Shown: in pieces, positions 50,984 to 63,450 of the stretch
How the letters are laid out: every line of letters starts with the position of its first letter
Numbering within the stretch: position 1 is the first letter of the stretch
Assembly (NCBI GenBank): GCA_964016885.1
Contig: OZ024744.1
Span: forward strand, 124,434,001 to 124,498,000
Direction: 5' to 3'
Origin: Eledone cirrhosa
Lineage: Eukaryota
Length of the DNA stretch: 64,000 nucleotides
Translations under genes and position numbers: made by a program
The notes under the pieces: generated by a model
Database searches by the model: none
Told to the model about the DNA's origin: nothing
The model's input: only the letters and a program-made list of their open reading frames with translations

Positions 50984-53900
50984 ATCATCATCATCATCAT
51001 CATCATTGTTTAACGTCCCTGTTCCACGCTTGCATGGGTTTGGACGGGAGTTTTCCCACTTGAGGCAAGAGTGGTTGTCTTGCTCGCATAGGACTGTCTG
51101 GCGGGTTTTCTACAGTTGGATGCCCTTCCTAACACCAACCACATTTACAGTGTGGGGTTGGGAGGTTTTTACCGTGTTGCCTACACGGCCACATTACAGC
51201 GTGGACTGTCTGGCGGGTTTTCTACAGCTGGATGCCCTTCCTAACACCAACCACATTTACAGTGTGGGTCTGGGAGGTTTTTACCGTGTTACCTACACGG
51301 CCACATCACAGCGTGGACTGTGTGTTTTTTTTGTCATGACACCTACACGATCTCATATGTTTCGGCCTGGATGTTGTGGCACCAACATAACTTTACATTG
51401 AAAGGGGCGGTGTGGATGGGGGTGTATTTTGTTAGAGATGCCTGCTGACTGTAGTAGGTTTTACTTTGTATTTAGGTAAGGCGGGTCTTCTCTATTACTG
51501 AGTACCGCCAAAGGTCTCGGTCCAGTGACATTGTCTTGGAGAGGTGTAAGTGTGTGAGGTCGGAATTTATCAGCTCGTCCCAGGTTTTTCTGGGTCTGCC
51601 TACTCCGTGGCTACCATCTATCTTTATTGCCCTGCACTTTGCTATACAGCTGTCGTCTTTCATGCGCATCACATGACCATACCAACGTAGCCTTCTCTCG
51701 AGTAAACAACATCTGATCCCTCTTATTTCTAATTTTTTCCTTAGTTTGTTTATGCTTTGCCGTTCACGTACATTACTGTTACACATCCAGCGGAGCATGC
51801 ATGCTTCGTTCCTCTCTAGTCTGCGTATATCCTCTGCACACAATGCCCAGGTCTCACTGCCATGCAACATTGCTGTTCGTATGCAGGCATCATACAACCT
51901 GCCTTTCATTTTTAGGGAGAACCCTTTAGCGGCTAATAGTGATATAAGCTCTCTGAACTTTTTCCATCCAGTTCTGACTCTAGCTACTGTACTTTCAGAG
52001 CACCCTCCCCCACTGCTGATTTTGTCACCCAGGTAACGGAAGCTGTCCACTATTTCTATAGAACTCTCTGCGCAATTGAAAGAGCTAGTATTCTGTGGGC
52101 ACTTGCTGCTACTTATTGCACCAGAGCACCGGCCACATATAAAATCTGTGTTCTTAGTTAGCTTACCTGTGATCCCACTACATCTTTTATGCACCCATAC
52201 TTTGCATTTGGGACATAAAATGGAGTTTCTACCTACGCCTTTCCTACACACTGAGCATGGCCATTTCCCGGAAGGGACCGGCGCCTTATTTTCCTACAAA
52301 CTAGAACTTTAGTCTTAGCCAGGTTAATTTTAAGGCCTTTTGATTCTAGGCCGTGCTTCCATGTTTGGAATTTCTTCTCTAGCTCGGCCATTGATTCAGC
52401 TATGAGCGTTAGATCATCTGCGTATAGGAGTTCCCATGGGCAGCCAGTCTTGAACTCCTTTGTTATAGCCTGAAGGGCAATAATAAATAGTAGGGGGCTA
52501 AGAACAGAGCCCTGATGTACACCAACTTTTACGCTAAACTCTTCACTATATTCGCTGTTAATTCTAACCTTGCTGACTGTTTCTTTATACATGGCTTGTA
52601 TAGCTCTCACAAGCCATTCGTCAACACCTAGTTTTCTAAGAGCCCACCAGATAATGGAACGGTGGACTCTGTCGAAGGCTTTCTCCAAGTCGACAAAGGC
52701 TAAGTATAGGGGTTTACTTTTAGCTAGGTACTTCTCCTGTAGTTGTCGTACAATGAAAAGAGCGTCTGTGGTACTTTTGCCTGACACAAACCCGAACTGC
52801 ATTTCATCTAGATCGATTCTCTCTCTGATTAGTTGTACTATTACTTTTTCCGTGACCTTCATGACCTGGTCGATTAATTTAATGCCTCTATAGTTACTCC
52901 TATCTAGGGCGTCTCCTTTACCCTTGTAACAGTTAATGATGATGCTGCTACGCCAGTCCTTCGGAACAACCCCATTCTGTATGACTTGGTTTACTATCCA
53001 GGTGACCATGGTGTGTCCCACCGTTCCAGAGGCCTTCAGCATCTCAGCAACTATTTCCGAAGGCCCAGCCGCCTTACCCGTCTTCATATCTTTGATTGCC
53101 TTACTTATTATACTACCTTCAACTAACACTGCTGGTCCCTCTATTGGATCGATCTGGGGCAGACTATCCTTCTCCCATTTATTCTCCTCATTTAGTAGCC
53201 TCTCGTAGTGACACTTCCAAGAGACCTTCTTATCAGCGTCAGTGATGGCGAGTACACCATCATCATTTAGTACACACTTCTCCCCAACAATATCACGGTT
53301 TTCCTTGACACATTGCCTAGCAATCCTGAACACCTCACGTTTTTGGTCCTCGCGTTGTAGAACATGCTTGAACTTTCTTTCCTCTGCTTCCCTTCTTGCG
53401 AAGTACACTTGTCTCCTAGCTTCCTTCCTGGCCACTTGATAGTCTTCTCTACTTCCCCCATCCCGCCATACTTTCCAAGCCTGCTTTTTGGCCTTAATCG
53501 ACTCCTCCACCTTACTGTTCCACCACCATGTTACTCTCCTCCTGCCTATAGGCCTGCTCCGGCCACAGACTTTGTCTGCCGCCATCAGCAGGTTTGCTTT
53601 CAGGAATTCCCACTGTTCCTCTATATTGTACGACTCTAAATGCTCTTCGTTACTGTCGAAAGCATCAAGTAATATGCTTTGAAATTTATTTCTGGCTGTG
53701 GGGTCCTTTAGCTTCCATATTTTTCTCCTGAGGATAGTCCTCTTCTGCTGTCGAGTACGTCTCGTCCTGACTATGAGGTCGCTAATTATCAGTCTATGTT
53801 GGGAGGTGCATTCTTCATGGGGGAGGGATTTAGTGTTTACAACAGTCACTCTGTCACGTCTTCTGGTAAGGATATAATCTACCTTGCTGGTATGTTCCCC

Positions 53901-55451
53901 TGATCTGTAGGTGATCAAGTGATTGTCTCGTTTTTTGAAGTTAGTGTTTCAAATAGTTAGGTTATTTGCGTCACAGAATTCCAGGATTCTGGAGCCTTCC
54001 TCATTTCTAGTACCAAACCCATAGCCTCCATGGATTCCATCATAGCCGTCACAATGTTGTCCAACGTGACCATTTAGGTCGCCAGCAATAATTATATAGT
54101 CACTGTCGGTTATTTGGGAGGTAGTGAGCATCAGTGTCTCATAGAAAGTGTCTTTTATAGCGCCAGGCAGTCTCGATTGGGGCGCGTACGCAGATATTAT
54201 CATCACAGTAGTTCTATTTAGAACAAGTCTTATTTTAATTATTCTGTCGTTTACTCTATTTACGTCTATTATCTTATCCACCCATTTTTCTGCTAACATG
54301 ATTCCTACCCCACCCAGCCCATTGTCATTTCCTACCCAGAAAAGCTTATAGCATCGTTTTTTACCCACAATGAATCTAGCAGACCCACCCCTCCACCTGG
54401 TCTCTTGGATACAGCAGACATCAACCTCCTTACGTTCAAGCATTTCTACAACCTCGTTTGAGCGGCCTTTTAAGGTCCCTACATTCATGGTACCAACTCT
54501 GAAGTTTTGGATTGCGTTTGGTGGGTGGGGTGCAGGGAGGGGTGAGGTTGATGGGGTTGGGGTTATGTTGGCCATCCGCGGCCACAACAAAAAGGGTGGG
54601 GCTTTGCCCTTTCGTCCGGCAGCATGAGGTGAATTTGTCGTTATCTTTTGCATTGTCTTCGGGTGTCCAGATTCTTCTGACTCTCCAGAAATTCCCTAGT
54701 TCATCCATCATATCGAAAAAGCAACCAGAAGTGCTAGCATAGGTCGTTTACTTGTGATTGGTCCAAATAATAAGGTGGAGAATGGGGGCGGGAGGGAGCG
54801 GTATGGGTTAGTTTGCGAGGAGCAGAATTATTTTTAGAACAACGGTGAGACAGAACAGAATTATAGAAAGCCAATTTTGAATACGATTTTTTGATTCTGG
54901 GGGATTGTAAGATATATAGATGAATGAACCGAATGTGGAGAGTTGAGAAGAAAATGAAATATGTACATTACATTTCGTAGAAGAAAACTAAACAAGCGAC
55001 CATCAATAATAGTTGACAAATTCTGAGTTTAGTCCCCCGTAACAAGACTTATTTATATTTGGTTGGCAAGGAGTGAGGGGGAGTGTGAGAGCAGCGTATA
55101 TGATAGTGAGAATGAGGGGGTGAGAAGGGTCAGAGGCGATTTCAGCAGACCGAGAGAGAGAGAGAGGCCAATCCCTAATTTAACCTGGAATAATTTTTCG
55201 GCCAAAATGGTTGCGGGAATATTATTTAGAATTATAGAAAGACAAACAAATATGAACACGATTTTTTGATTCTGGGGGATTGTAAGATATATAGATGCGA
55301 GGAGCAGAATTATTTTTAGAACAACGGTGAGACAGAACAGAATTATAGAAAGCCAATTTTGAATACGATTTTTTGATTCTGGGTGATTGTAAGATATATA
55401 GATGAATGAACCGAATGTGGAGAGTTGAGAAGAAAATGAAATATGTACGTT
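50984..55451 (-). mobile_element. RTE-clade LINE copy 3, apparently full length (5' UTR, APE-RT-PHD-like ORF with one stop and one frameshift, 3' UTR, (GAT)n tail)
   Basis: GTMNVGTL, CIQETRW, GVGIM, SAYAPQ, GDLNGHVG; RT LLYADD. Stop at 53949-53951, frameshift near 52290. Candidate TSD ACACTGTC (50976-50983 / 55452-55459). Confidence 0.95.
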
Positions 55452-55700
55452 ACACTGTCTATGTCATTAACCCTTTCATTACCATATATCTAATGAAAGA
55501 CACTGTCTATGTCATTAACCCTTCCATTACCATATTTCTAATGAAAGATACTGTCTATGTCATTAACCCTTCCATTACCTTATTTCTAATGAAAGACACT
55601 GTCTATGCCATTAACCCTTTCATTTCCATATTTCTAATGAAAGACACTGTCTATGACATTAACCCTTTCATTACCATATTTCTAATGAAAGACACTGTCA
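55452..55700. repeat. Right part of the split 48-bp minisatellite (~5 copies)
   Basis: ACACTGTCTATGTCATTAACCCTTTCATTACCATATTTCTAATGAAAG repeated. Confidence 0.92.
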
Positions 55701-55886
55701 TCATTTTGAAATAATTTTGAAAATAATTAAAGATCTGAGGCAATTTAGTAATATACCTATCTTTCTAATTGTGCCGGTGTATGGGATGTACTTAACAAAG
55801 GTTCTTACATAAAATTATGATGGAAGGTTTTTAGATAAATATAAACACTTTAACATAAACAGTTTTGTATGATAGAACAAAGAGTA

Positions 55887-56118
55887 GTGTCAACAGTGTA
55901 GTTTGGTGTCAACAGTGAGTTTGCTGTCAACAGTGTAGTTTGGTGTCAGCAGTGTAGTCTGCTGTCAAGTGTAGTTTGGTGTCGGCAGTGTTTGTTTGGT
56001 GTCGGTAGTGTAGTTTGCTGTCAACAGTTTAGTTTGCTGTCAACAGTGTAGTTTGCTGTCAACAGTGTAGTTTGGTGTCAACGGTGTAGTTTGGTGTCGG
56101 CAGTGTAGTTTCCTGTCA
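55887..56118. repeat. 19-bp minisatellite, ~12 copies
   Basis: TGTCAACAGTGTAGTTTG(G/C) repeated. Confidence 0.88.
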
Positions 56119-56167
56119 TTTAAATCATCTTTCTTCCCCTAATTTTTCTCTTTTCTCTTTTTCACAG

Positions 56168-56343
56168 TCAAGCGATGAATCTGTTTATGGCATGTACATC
56201 GCAGCCACTGACAACAGTGTGTTTATGATAACTGGAGGATCAGACATGCGGGTTAGATTCTGGGACTTGAACTCACCTAGCAATTCATTTATTATGGTAG
56301 GGGCAGCTACTGATGTGCCACAACAAATGACTACAAACTATGT
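56168..56343 (+). CDS. PIK3R4: PIK3R4/VPS15 exon E (SSDESVYGMYIAATDNSVFMITGGSDMRVRFWDLNSPSNSFIMVGAATDVPQQMTTNYV)
   Basis: Long polypyrimidine tract + cag, gtaagt donor; 176 nt, phase 0-2; WD motif TGGSDMRVRFWDL. Not listed in the ORF track. Confidence 0.95.
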
Positions 56344-56370
56344 GTAAGTATTTCATCATCATCATCAAAA

Positions 56371-56484
56371 GGAAAGCAACTATATTTCCCAAGCAGTCAC
56401 CCATCTAATTACTAACTAGGCTCGACATTGCTTAACTTGGGTGATCAGACGAGAAGCAGTGTTTTCAGTGTGATATGGCCAGAA
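56371..56484 (-). pseudogene. Degenerate 5S rRNA copy followed by TTTT(GAT)4
   Basis: Minus strand GGCCATATCACACTGAAAACACTGCTTCTCGTCTGATCACCCAAGTTAAGCAATGTCGAGCCTAGTTAGTAATTAGATGGGTGACTGCTTGGGAA is collinear with animal 5S rRNA, including the box A and box C regions. Confidence 0.88.
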
Positions 56485-56599
56485 TATTCTTTATTCTGAA
56501 TGCAAACCAATGGATTGTGTTCTCCATTGTGTACTTTGGAATTGCTTTGTCAGGCCAATGTTACCTTTAGGAGGCATGTCAATAGCCTCAACATGGTTG

Positions 56600-56740
56600 C
56601 ATCCATCATATGAAAAAGAGGTCATCCTCTGTGAAGTGACTGAGAGTACGTGACTTCCCTCTGCATAGGAAAACAGTCCATTGCAGGGTTAAACTCCCAC
56701 CTACTGCTGCTACTCATTGTCAGCTCAGTATACTGGAGTA
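56600..56740 (-). mobile_element. Body of the tRNA-derived SINE whose head is amplified in the 100-bp array
   Basis: The array monomer continues into CTCCAGTATACTGAGCTGACAATGAGTAG...AACCCTGCAATGGACTG, resembling a Deu/Nin-type SINE core. Confidence 0.6.
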
Positions 56741-59700
56741 ATGTGAAATGAAGTGTTTTGTTCAAGTACACAACACTCAACCCAGTCTTACGCCCTTACC
56801 ACTAGGCCGCCACATAACTCTACTGTAGTAATGTGAAATGAAGTGTTTTGTTCAAGTACGCAACACACAACCCAGTCTAACACCTTTACCACTAGGACAC
56901 CACATACCTCTACTGTAGTATAGTGGAGTAATGTGAAATGAAGTGTTTTGTTCAAGAACACAACACACAATCCAGTCTAACACCCCTACCACTAGGCCAC
57001 CACATACCTCTACTGTAGTATAGTGGAGTAATGTGAAATGAATTATCTTCTTCAAGAACACAACACACAACCCAGTCTAACACCTTTACCACTAGGCCAC
57101 CACATACCTCCACTGTAGTATAGTGGAGTAATGTGAAATGAAGTATCTTCTTCAAGAACACAACACACAACCCAGTCTAACACCCTTACCACTAGACCAC
57201 CACATAACTCCACTGTAGTATACTGAGGTAATGTGAAATGAAGTGTTTTGTTCAAGTACACAACACACAACCCAGTCTAACACCCTTACCACTAGCCCAC
57301 CACATACCTCCACTGTAGTATACTTTGGTAATGTGAAATGAAATATCTTGTTCATGTACACAACACACAACCCAGTCTAACACACTTACCACTAGGCCAC
57401 CACATACCTCCAATGTAGTATACTGGAGTACTGTGAAATGAAGTGTTTTGTTCAAGAACGCAACACACAATCCATAACACCGTTACCACTAGGCCACCAC
57501 ATACATCTACTGTAGTAATGTGAAATGAAGTGTTTTTTTCAAGTACGCAACACGCAACCCAGTCTAACACCCTTACCACTCGGCCACCACGTAACTCCAC
57601 TGTAGTATAATGGGGTAATGTGAAATGAAATATCTTCTTCATGTACACAACACACAACCCAGTCTAACACCCTTACCACTAGGCCACCACATACCTCTAC
57701 TGTAGTATAGTGGGGTAATGTAAAATGAAGTGTTTTGTGCAAGTACACAACACACAACCCAGTCTAACACCTTTACCACTAGGCCACCACATACCCCCAC
57801 TATAGTATACTGGGGTAATGTGAAATGAAATATCTTGATCATGTACTCAACATGCAATCAAGTCTAACACCCTTACCACTAGGACACCACATTACTCAAC
57901 TGTAGTATACTGGGGTAATGTGAAATGAAGTGTTTTGTTCAAGAACTCAACACAAAACCCAGTCTAAAACTCTTACCACTAGGCCACCACATACCTCCAC
58001 TGTAGTATAGTGGAGTAATGTGAAATGAAGTATTTTGTTCAAGTACACAACACACAACCCAGTCTAACACCCTTACCACTAGGCCACCACATACCTCCAC
58101 TGTAGTATACTTGGGTAATGTGAAATGAAATATCTTGTTCATGTACACAACACACAACCCAGTCTAACACCCTTACCACTAGGCCACCACATACCTCCAC
58201 TAGTATAGTGGAGTAATGTGAAATGAAGTGTTTTGTTCAAGTACACAACACACAACCCAGTCTAACACCCTTACGACTAGGCCACCACATACCTCCACTG
58301 TAGTATAGTGGAGTAATGTGAAATGAAGTGTTTTGTTCAAGTACACAACACACAACCCAGTCTAACACCCTTACCACTAGGCCACCACATAGCTCCACTG
58401 TAGTATAGTGGAGTAATGTGAAATGAAGTGTTTTGTTCAAGTACACAACACACAACCCAGTCTAACACCCTTACGACTAGGCCACCACATACCTCCACTG
58501 TAGTATAGTGGAGTAATGTGAAATGAAGTGTTTTGTTCAAGAACACAACATGCAACCCAATCTAACACCCTTACAACTAGGCCACCACAGACCTCCACTG
58601 TAGTATACTTGGGTAATGTGAAATGAAGTGTTTTGTTCAAGTACACAACACACAACCCAGTCTAACACCCCTACCACTAGGCCACCACATACCTCCACTG
58701 TAGTATACTGGAGTAATGTGACATGAAGTGTTTTGTTCAAGTACACAACACACAACCCAGTCTAACACCCCTACCACTAGGCCACCACATACCTCCACTG
58801 TAGTATAGTGGAGTAATGTGAAATGAAGTATCTTTTTCAAGAACACAACACACAACCGAGTCTAACACTCTTACCACTAGGCCACCACATAACTCCACTG
58901 TAGTATACTGGGGTAATGTGAAATGAAGTGTTTTGTTCAAGTACACAACACACAACCCAGTTTAACAGCGCTACCACTAGGCCACCACATACCTCCACTG
59001 TAGTATACTTTGGTAATGTGAAATGAAATATCTCGTTCATGTACACAACATACAACCCAGTCTAACACCTTTACCACTAGGCCACCACATACCTCCACTG
59101 TAGTATACTGGGGTAATGTGGAATGAAGTATTTTGTTCAAGAACACAACACACCACCCAGTCTAACACATTTACCACTAGGCAACCACATGACTCCACTG
59201 TAGTATACTGGGGTAATGTGAAATGAAGTGTTTTGTTCAAGAACACAACAAACAACCCAGTCTAACACCCTTACCACTAGGCCACCACATACCTCCACTG
59301 TAGTATAGTGGAGTAATGTGAAATGAAGTGTTTTGTTCAAGAACACAAGACACAACCCAGTCTAACACCCTTACGACTAGGCCACCACAGACCTCCACTG
59401 TAGTATAGTGGAGTAATGTGAAATGAAGTGTTTTGTTCAAGTACACAACACACAACCCAGTCTAACACCCTTACCACTAGGCCACCACATACCTCCACTG
59501 TAGTATACTGAGGTAATGTGAAATGAAGTGTTTTGTTCAAGTACACAACACACAACCCAGTCTAACACTTTTACCACTAGGCCACCACATACCTCCACTG
59601 TAGTATACTGGGGTAATGTGAAATGAAGTGTTTTGTTCAAGAACACAACAAACAACCCAGTCTAACACCCCTACCACTAGGCCACCACATACCTCCACTG

Positions 59701-61862
59701 TAGTATACTGGAGTAATGTGAAATGAAGTGTTTTGTTCAAGTACACAACACACAACCCAGTCTAACACTTTTACCACTAGGCCACCACATACCTCCACTG
59801 TAGTATACTGGTGTAATGTGAAATGAAGTGTTTTGTTCAAGAACACAACAAACAACCCAGTCTAACACCCCTACCACTAGGCCACCACATACCTCCACTG
59901 TAGTATACTGGGGTAATGTGAAATGAAGTATCTTTTTCAAGAACACAAGACACAACCGAGTCTAACACTCTTACCACTAGGCCACCCCATACCTCCACTG
60001 TAGTATACTGGAGTAATGTGAAATGAAGTGTCTTGTTCAAGAACACAACACACAACCCAGTCTAACACCCTTACCACTAGGCCACCACATACCTCCACTG
60101 TAGTATACTGGGGTAATGTGAAATGAAGTGTCTTGTTCAAGAACACAACACACAACCCAGTCTAACACCCTTACCACTAGGCCACCACATAACTCCACTG
60201 TAGTATACTGGGGTAATGTGAAATGAAGTGTTTTGTTCAAGTACACAACACACAACCCAGTTTAACAGCCCTACCACTAGGCCACCACATACCTCCACTG
60301 TAGTATACTTTGGTAATGTGAAATGAAATATCTTGTTCATGTACACAACATACAACCCAGTCTAACACCTTTACCACTAGGCCACCACATACCTCCACTG
60401 TAGTATACTGGGGTAATGTGGAATGAAGTGTTTTGTTCAAGAACACAACACACCACCCAGTCTAACACATTTACCACTAGGCAACCACATGACTCCACTG
60501 TAGTATACTGGGGTAATGTGAAATGAAGTGTTTTGTTCAAGAACACAACAAACAACCCAGTCTAACACCCTTACCACTAGGCCAGCACATACCTCCACTG
60601 TAGTATAGTGGAGTAATGTGAAATGAAGTGTTTTGTTCAAGTACACAACACACAACCCAGTCTAACACCCCTACCACTAGGCCACCACATACCTCCACTG
60701 TAGTATAGTGGAGTAATGTGAAATGAAGTGTTTTGTTCAAGTACACAACACACAACCCAGTCTAACACCTTTACCACTAGGCCACCACATACCTCCACTG
60801 AAGTATACTGGGGTAATGTGAAATGAAATATCTTGTTCATGTACACAACATGCAATCAAGTCTAACACCCTTACCACTAGGACACCACATTACTCAACTG
60901 TAGTATACTGGGGTAATGTGAAATGAGGTATTTGGTTCAAGTACACAAAACACAACCTAGTCTAACACCCTTACCACTAGCCCACCACATACCTCCACTG
61001 TAGTATAGTGGAGTAATGTGAAATGAAGTGTTTTGTTCAAGAACACAAGACACAACCCAGTCTAACACCCTTACGACTAGGCCACCACAGACCTCCACTG
61101 TAGTATACTTGGGTAATGTGAAATGAAATATCTTGTTCATGTACACAACACACCACCCAGTCTAACACCCTTACCACTAGGCCACCACATACCTCCACTG
61201 TAGTATACTGAGGTAATGTGAAATGAAGTGTTTTGTTCAAGTACACAACACACAACCCAGTCTAACACCCCTACCACTAGGCCACCACATAGCTCCACTG
61301 TAGTATAGTGGAGTAATGTGAAATGAAGTGTTTTGTTCAAGTACACAACACACAACCCAGTCTAACACCCTTACCACTAGGCCACCACATACCTCCATTG
61401 TAGTATAGTGGAGTAATGTGAAATGAAGTGTTTTGTTCAAGAACACAAGACACAACCCAGTCTAACACCCTTACGACTAGGCCACCACAGACCTCCACTG
61501 TAGTATACTTGGGTAATGTGAAATGAAATATCTTGTTCATGTACACAACACACCACCCAGTCTAACACCCTTACCAATAGGCCACCACATACCTCCACTA
61601 GTATAGTGGAGTAATGTGAAATGAAGTGTTTTGTTCAAGTACACAACACACAACCCAGTCTAACACCCTTACCACTAGGCCACCACATAGCTCCACTGTA
61701 GTATTGTGGAGTAATGTGAAATGAACTATTGTCTTCAAGAACACAACACACAACGCAGTCTAACACCCTTACCACTAGGCCACCACATAACTTCACTGTA
61801 GTATACTGAGGTAATGTGAAATGAAGTGTTTTGTTCAAGAACTCAACACACAACCCAGTCTA
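56735..61862. repeat. 100-bp satellite, ~51 monomers, SINE-head derived, in the last PIK3R4 intron
   Basis: Period 100 (some shorter variants). The minus-strand monomer contains GTGGTGGCCTAGTGGTAAGGGTGTTAGACT (tRNA 5' half / A box) and TTGTGTACTTGAACAAAACACTTCATTTCAC. Sub-blocks recur at 1300 bp and ~3000 bp offsets. Confidence 0.96.
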
Positions 61863-62763
61863 GGAATTACACCCATGACATTATGATTAATAAGTCCAAC
61901 ACAATTACCACGAGGCCACCACACAGCCATGATGCCATTAGTTCAACTCCATTCCTGTCTTGTTGGACCATTGGAAATGGGATTTTAAACCAACAAAAGA
62001 GCATCAGGGATATGTTCACTTGTCCTTCTGTAAATAATAGTAAAAGGCTAAAGACTCTTTTCAGCCTGAAATGTCCACAGGATTTGCATATAGAATGTTT
62101 CCCTGTGGAGCAGAAGACCAGACAAGGTTGTTTGTGCTAGACCAGCTGTCTGCCTCTCCATACCACTGATGTTGTCTAAGGGTAAGGCAATGGCTGATAC
62201 AGTATGGCACAACTATATATACATTATGTACACACTATACATATATGTATACACATTATATATAATGTTGTCTAAGGGAAAGGTAACGTCTGATACAGCT
62301 TTGTACTAGTGACATCACAACTATATATATTATATATATATATATATACTATATATATATATATATATACTATATATATATATATTATATATGATATTGT
62401 CCAAGGGAAAGGTAATGTCTGATACAGCTTGGTACCAGTGACATCACAACTATATATATACTGTGTATACACTGTATTCACACACACACACAAAAGCCTC
62501 ACATACATGGACACACACACACACATCACACACCCACCATACACACAGACACTCACCACACACTTACTTTTTATGTTATTCCTTCATAGTTACTTATATT
62601 TTGGTTACATATAAAGATATACTTACAAAAGCACCATTACTATAAAGATTAATGTATCTTTCACTTTTCTGTTTGTTAAACAAACAAAAATAAACAACAG
62701 TTTTTATTTAGTTAATGAATTTTTAAAAGCATTTTATCTGAACCAATCATTCTTTATTTGAAG

Positions 62764-62965
62764 CTCCCGACTTGTTGACGGAACAGAAGTTCTCATAGAA
62801 TCCTGCGTTACCAAACCTGGCCCGACTGATGACATGCCTGGCAGATACCCTAAAACACCTTCACCCGGTCATAAAGACATAATTAATGACGTAAACATGT
62901 GTTACACATCGCAATATCTCGTTATTACTGCTTCATATGATGGTGTTGTTAAAGTATGGAAGTGA
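62764..62965 (+). CDS. PIK3R4: PIK3R4/VPS15 terminal coding exon F (SRLVDGTEVLIESCVTKPGPTDDMPGRYPKTPSPGHKDIINDVNMCYTSQYLVITASYDGVVKVWK*)
   Basis: gaag acceptor, phase 2 fits exon E; GTEV, GH.DII.DV and TAS.DG.VKVWK* match the VPS15 C-terminus. Confidence 0.96.
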
Positions 62966-63326
62966 ACCAAACATAATTTAATACAGATGTAGTGAAAGTG
63001 TGGACATTAGAAAACGTTTTATTCAGATCATGTTATATAAGGAAAATGATAAAAAAGATTTTTGAAAATGGTTTGAAAAGCACACCCAATATATATATTT
63101 ATATATATATACATAAAAAGGATGTTTGACCCAAACCAATGTGGTCAAAAGTCAGCATGCAGGAGCTTTAAGGAAAAAAATATTTAACTAAATAACAAAT
63201 GTTTTGAAGAATTAAAACAGAGAAAGCAGGCTTTGCTAACATCACTTCTTTCTACATGTTATAAAGATCCTTTTTATATATATTCCAGGTGTGCTTTTCC
63301 AACCATTTTTTTTAATCTTTTCCCTT

Positions 63327-63395
<69 letters not shown>

Positions 63396-63450
63396 TTTTG
63401 TAGCTTGTTTGAAGCATTGTTTAATAGGAAATAAAATTTAAATTTCAAAA

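Noticed and set aside
56788-61853. Repeated 72-aa minus-strand ORFs as a peptide gene family
   Set aside because: They arise from the 100-bp period shifting frame each unit; starts are mostly GTG/TTG.
61860-61930. Functional tRNA gene
   Set aside because: Degenerate B box and no complete cloverleaf; best read as a SINE head.
62160-62460. Three copies of a ~60-bp motif separated by (TA)-rich spacers as a repeat-spacer system
   Set aside because: The spacers are simple microsatellite; it looks like local duplication of an old repeat tail.
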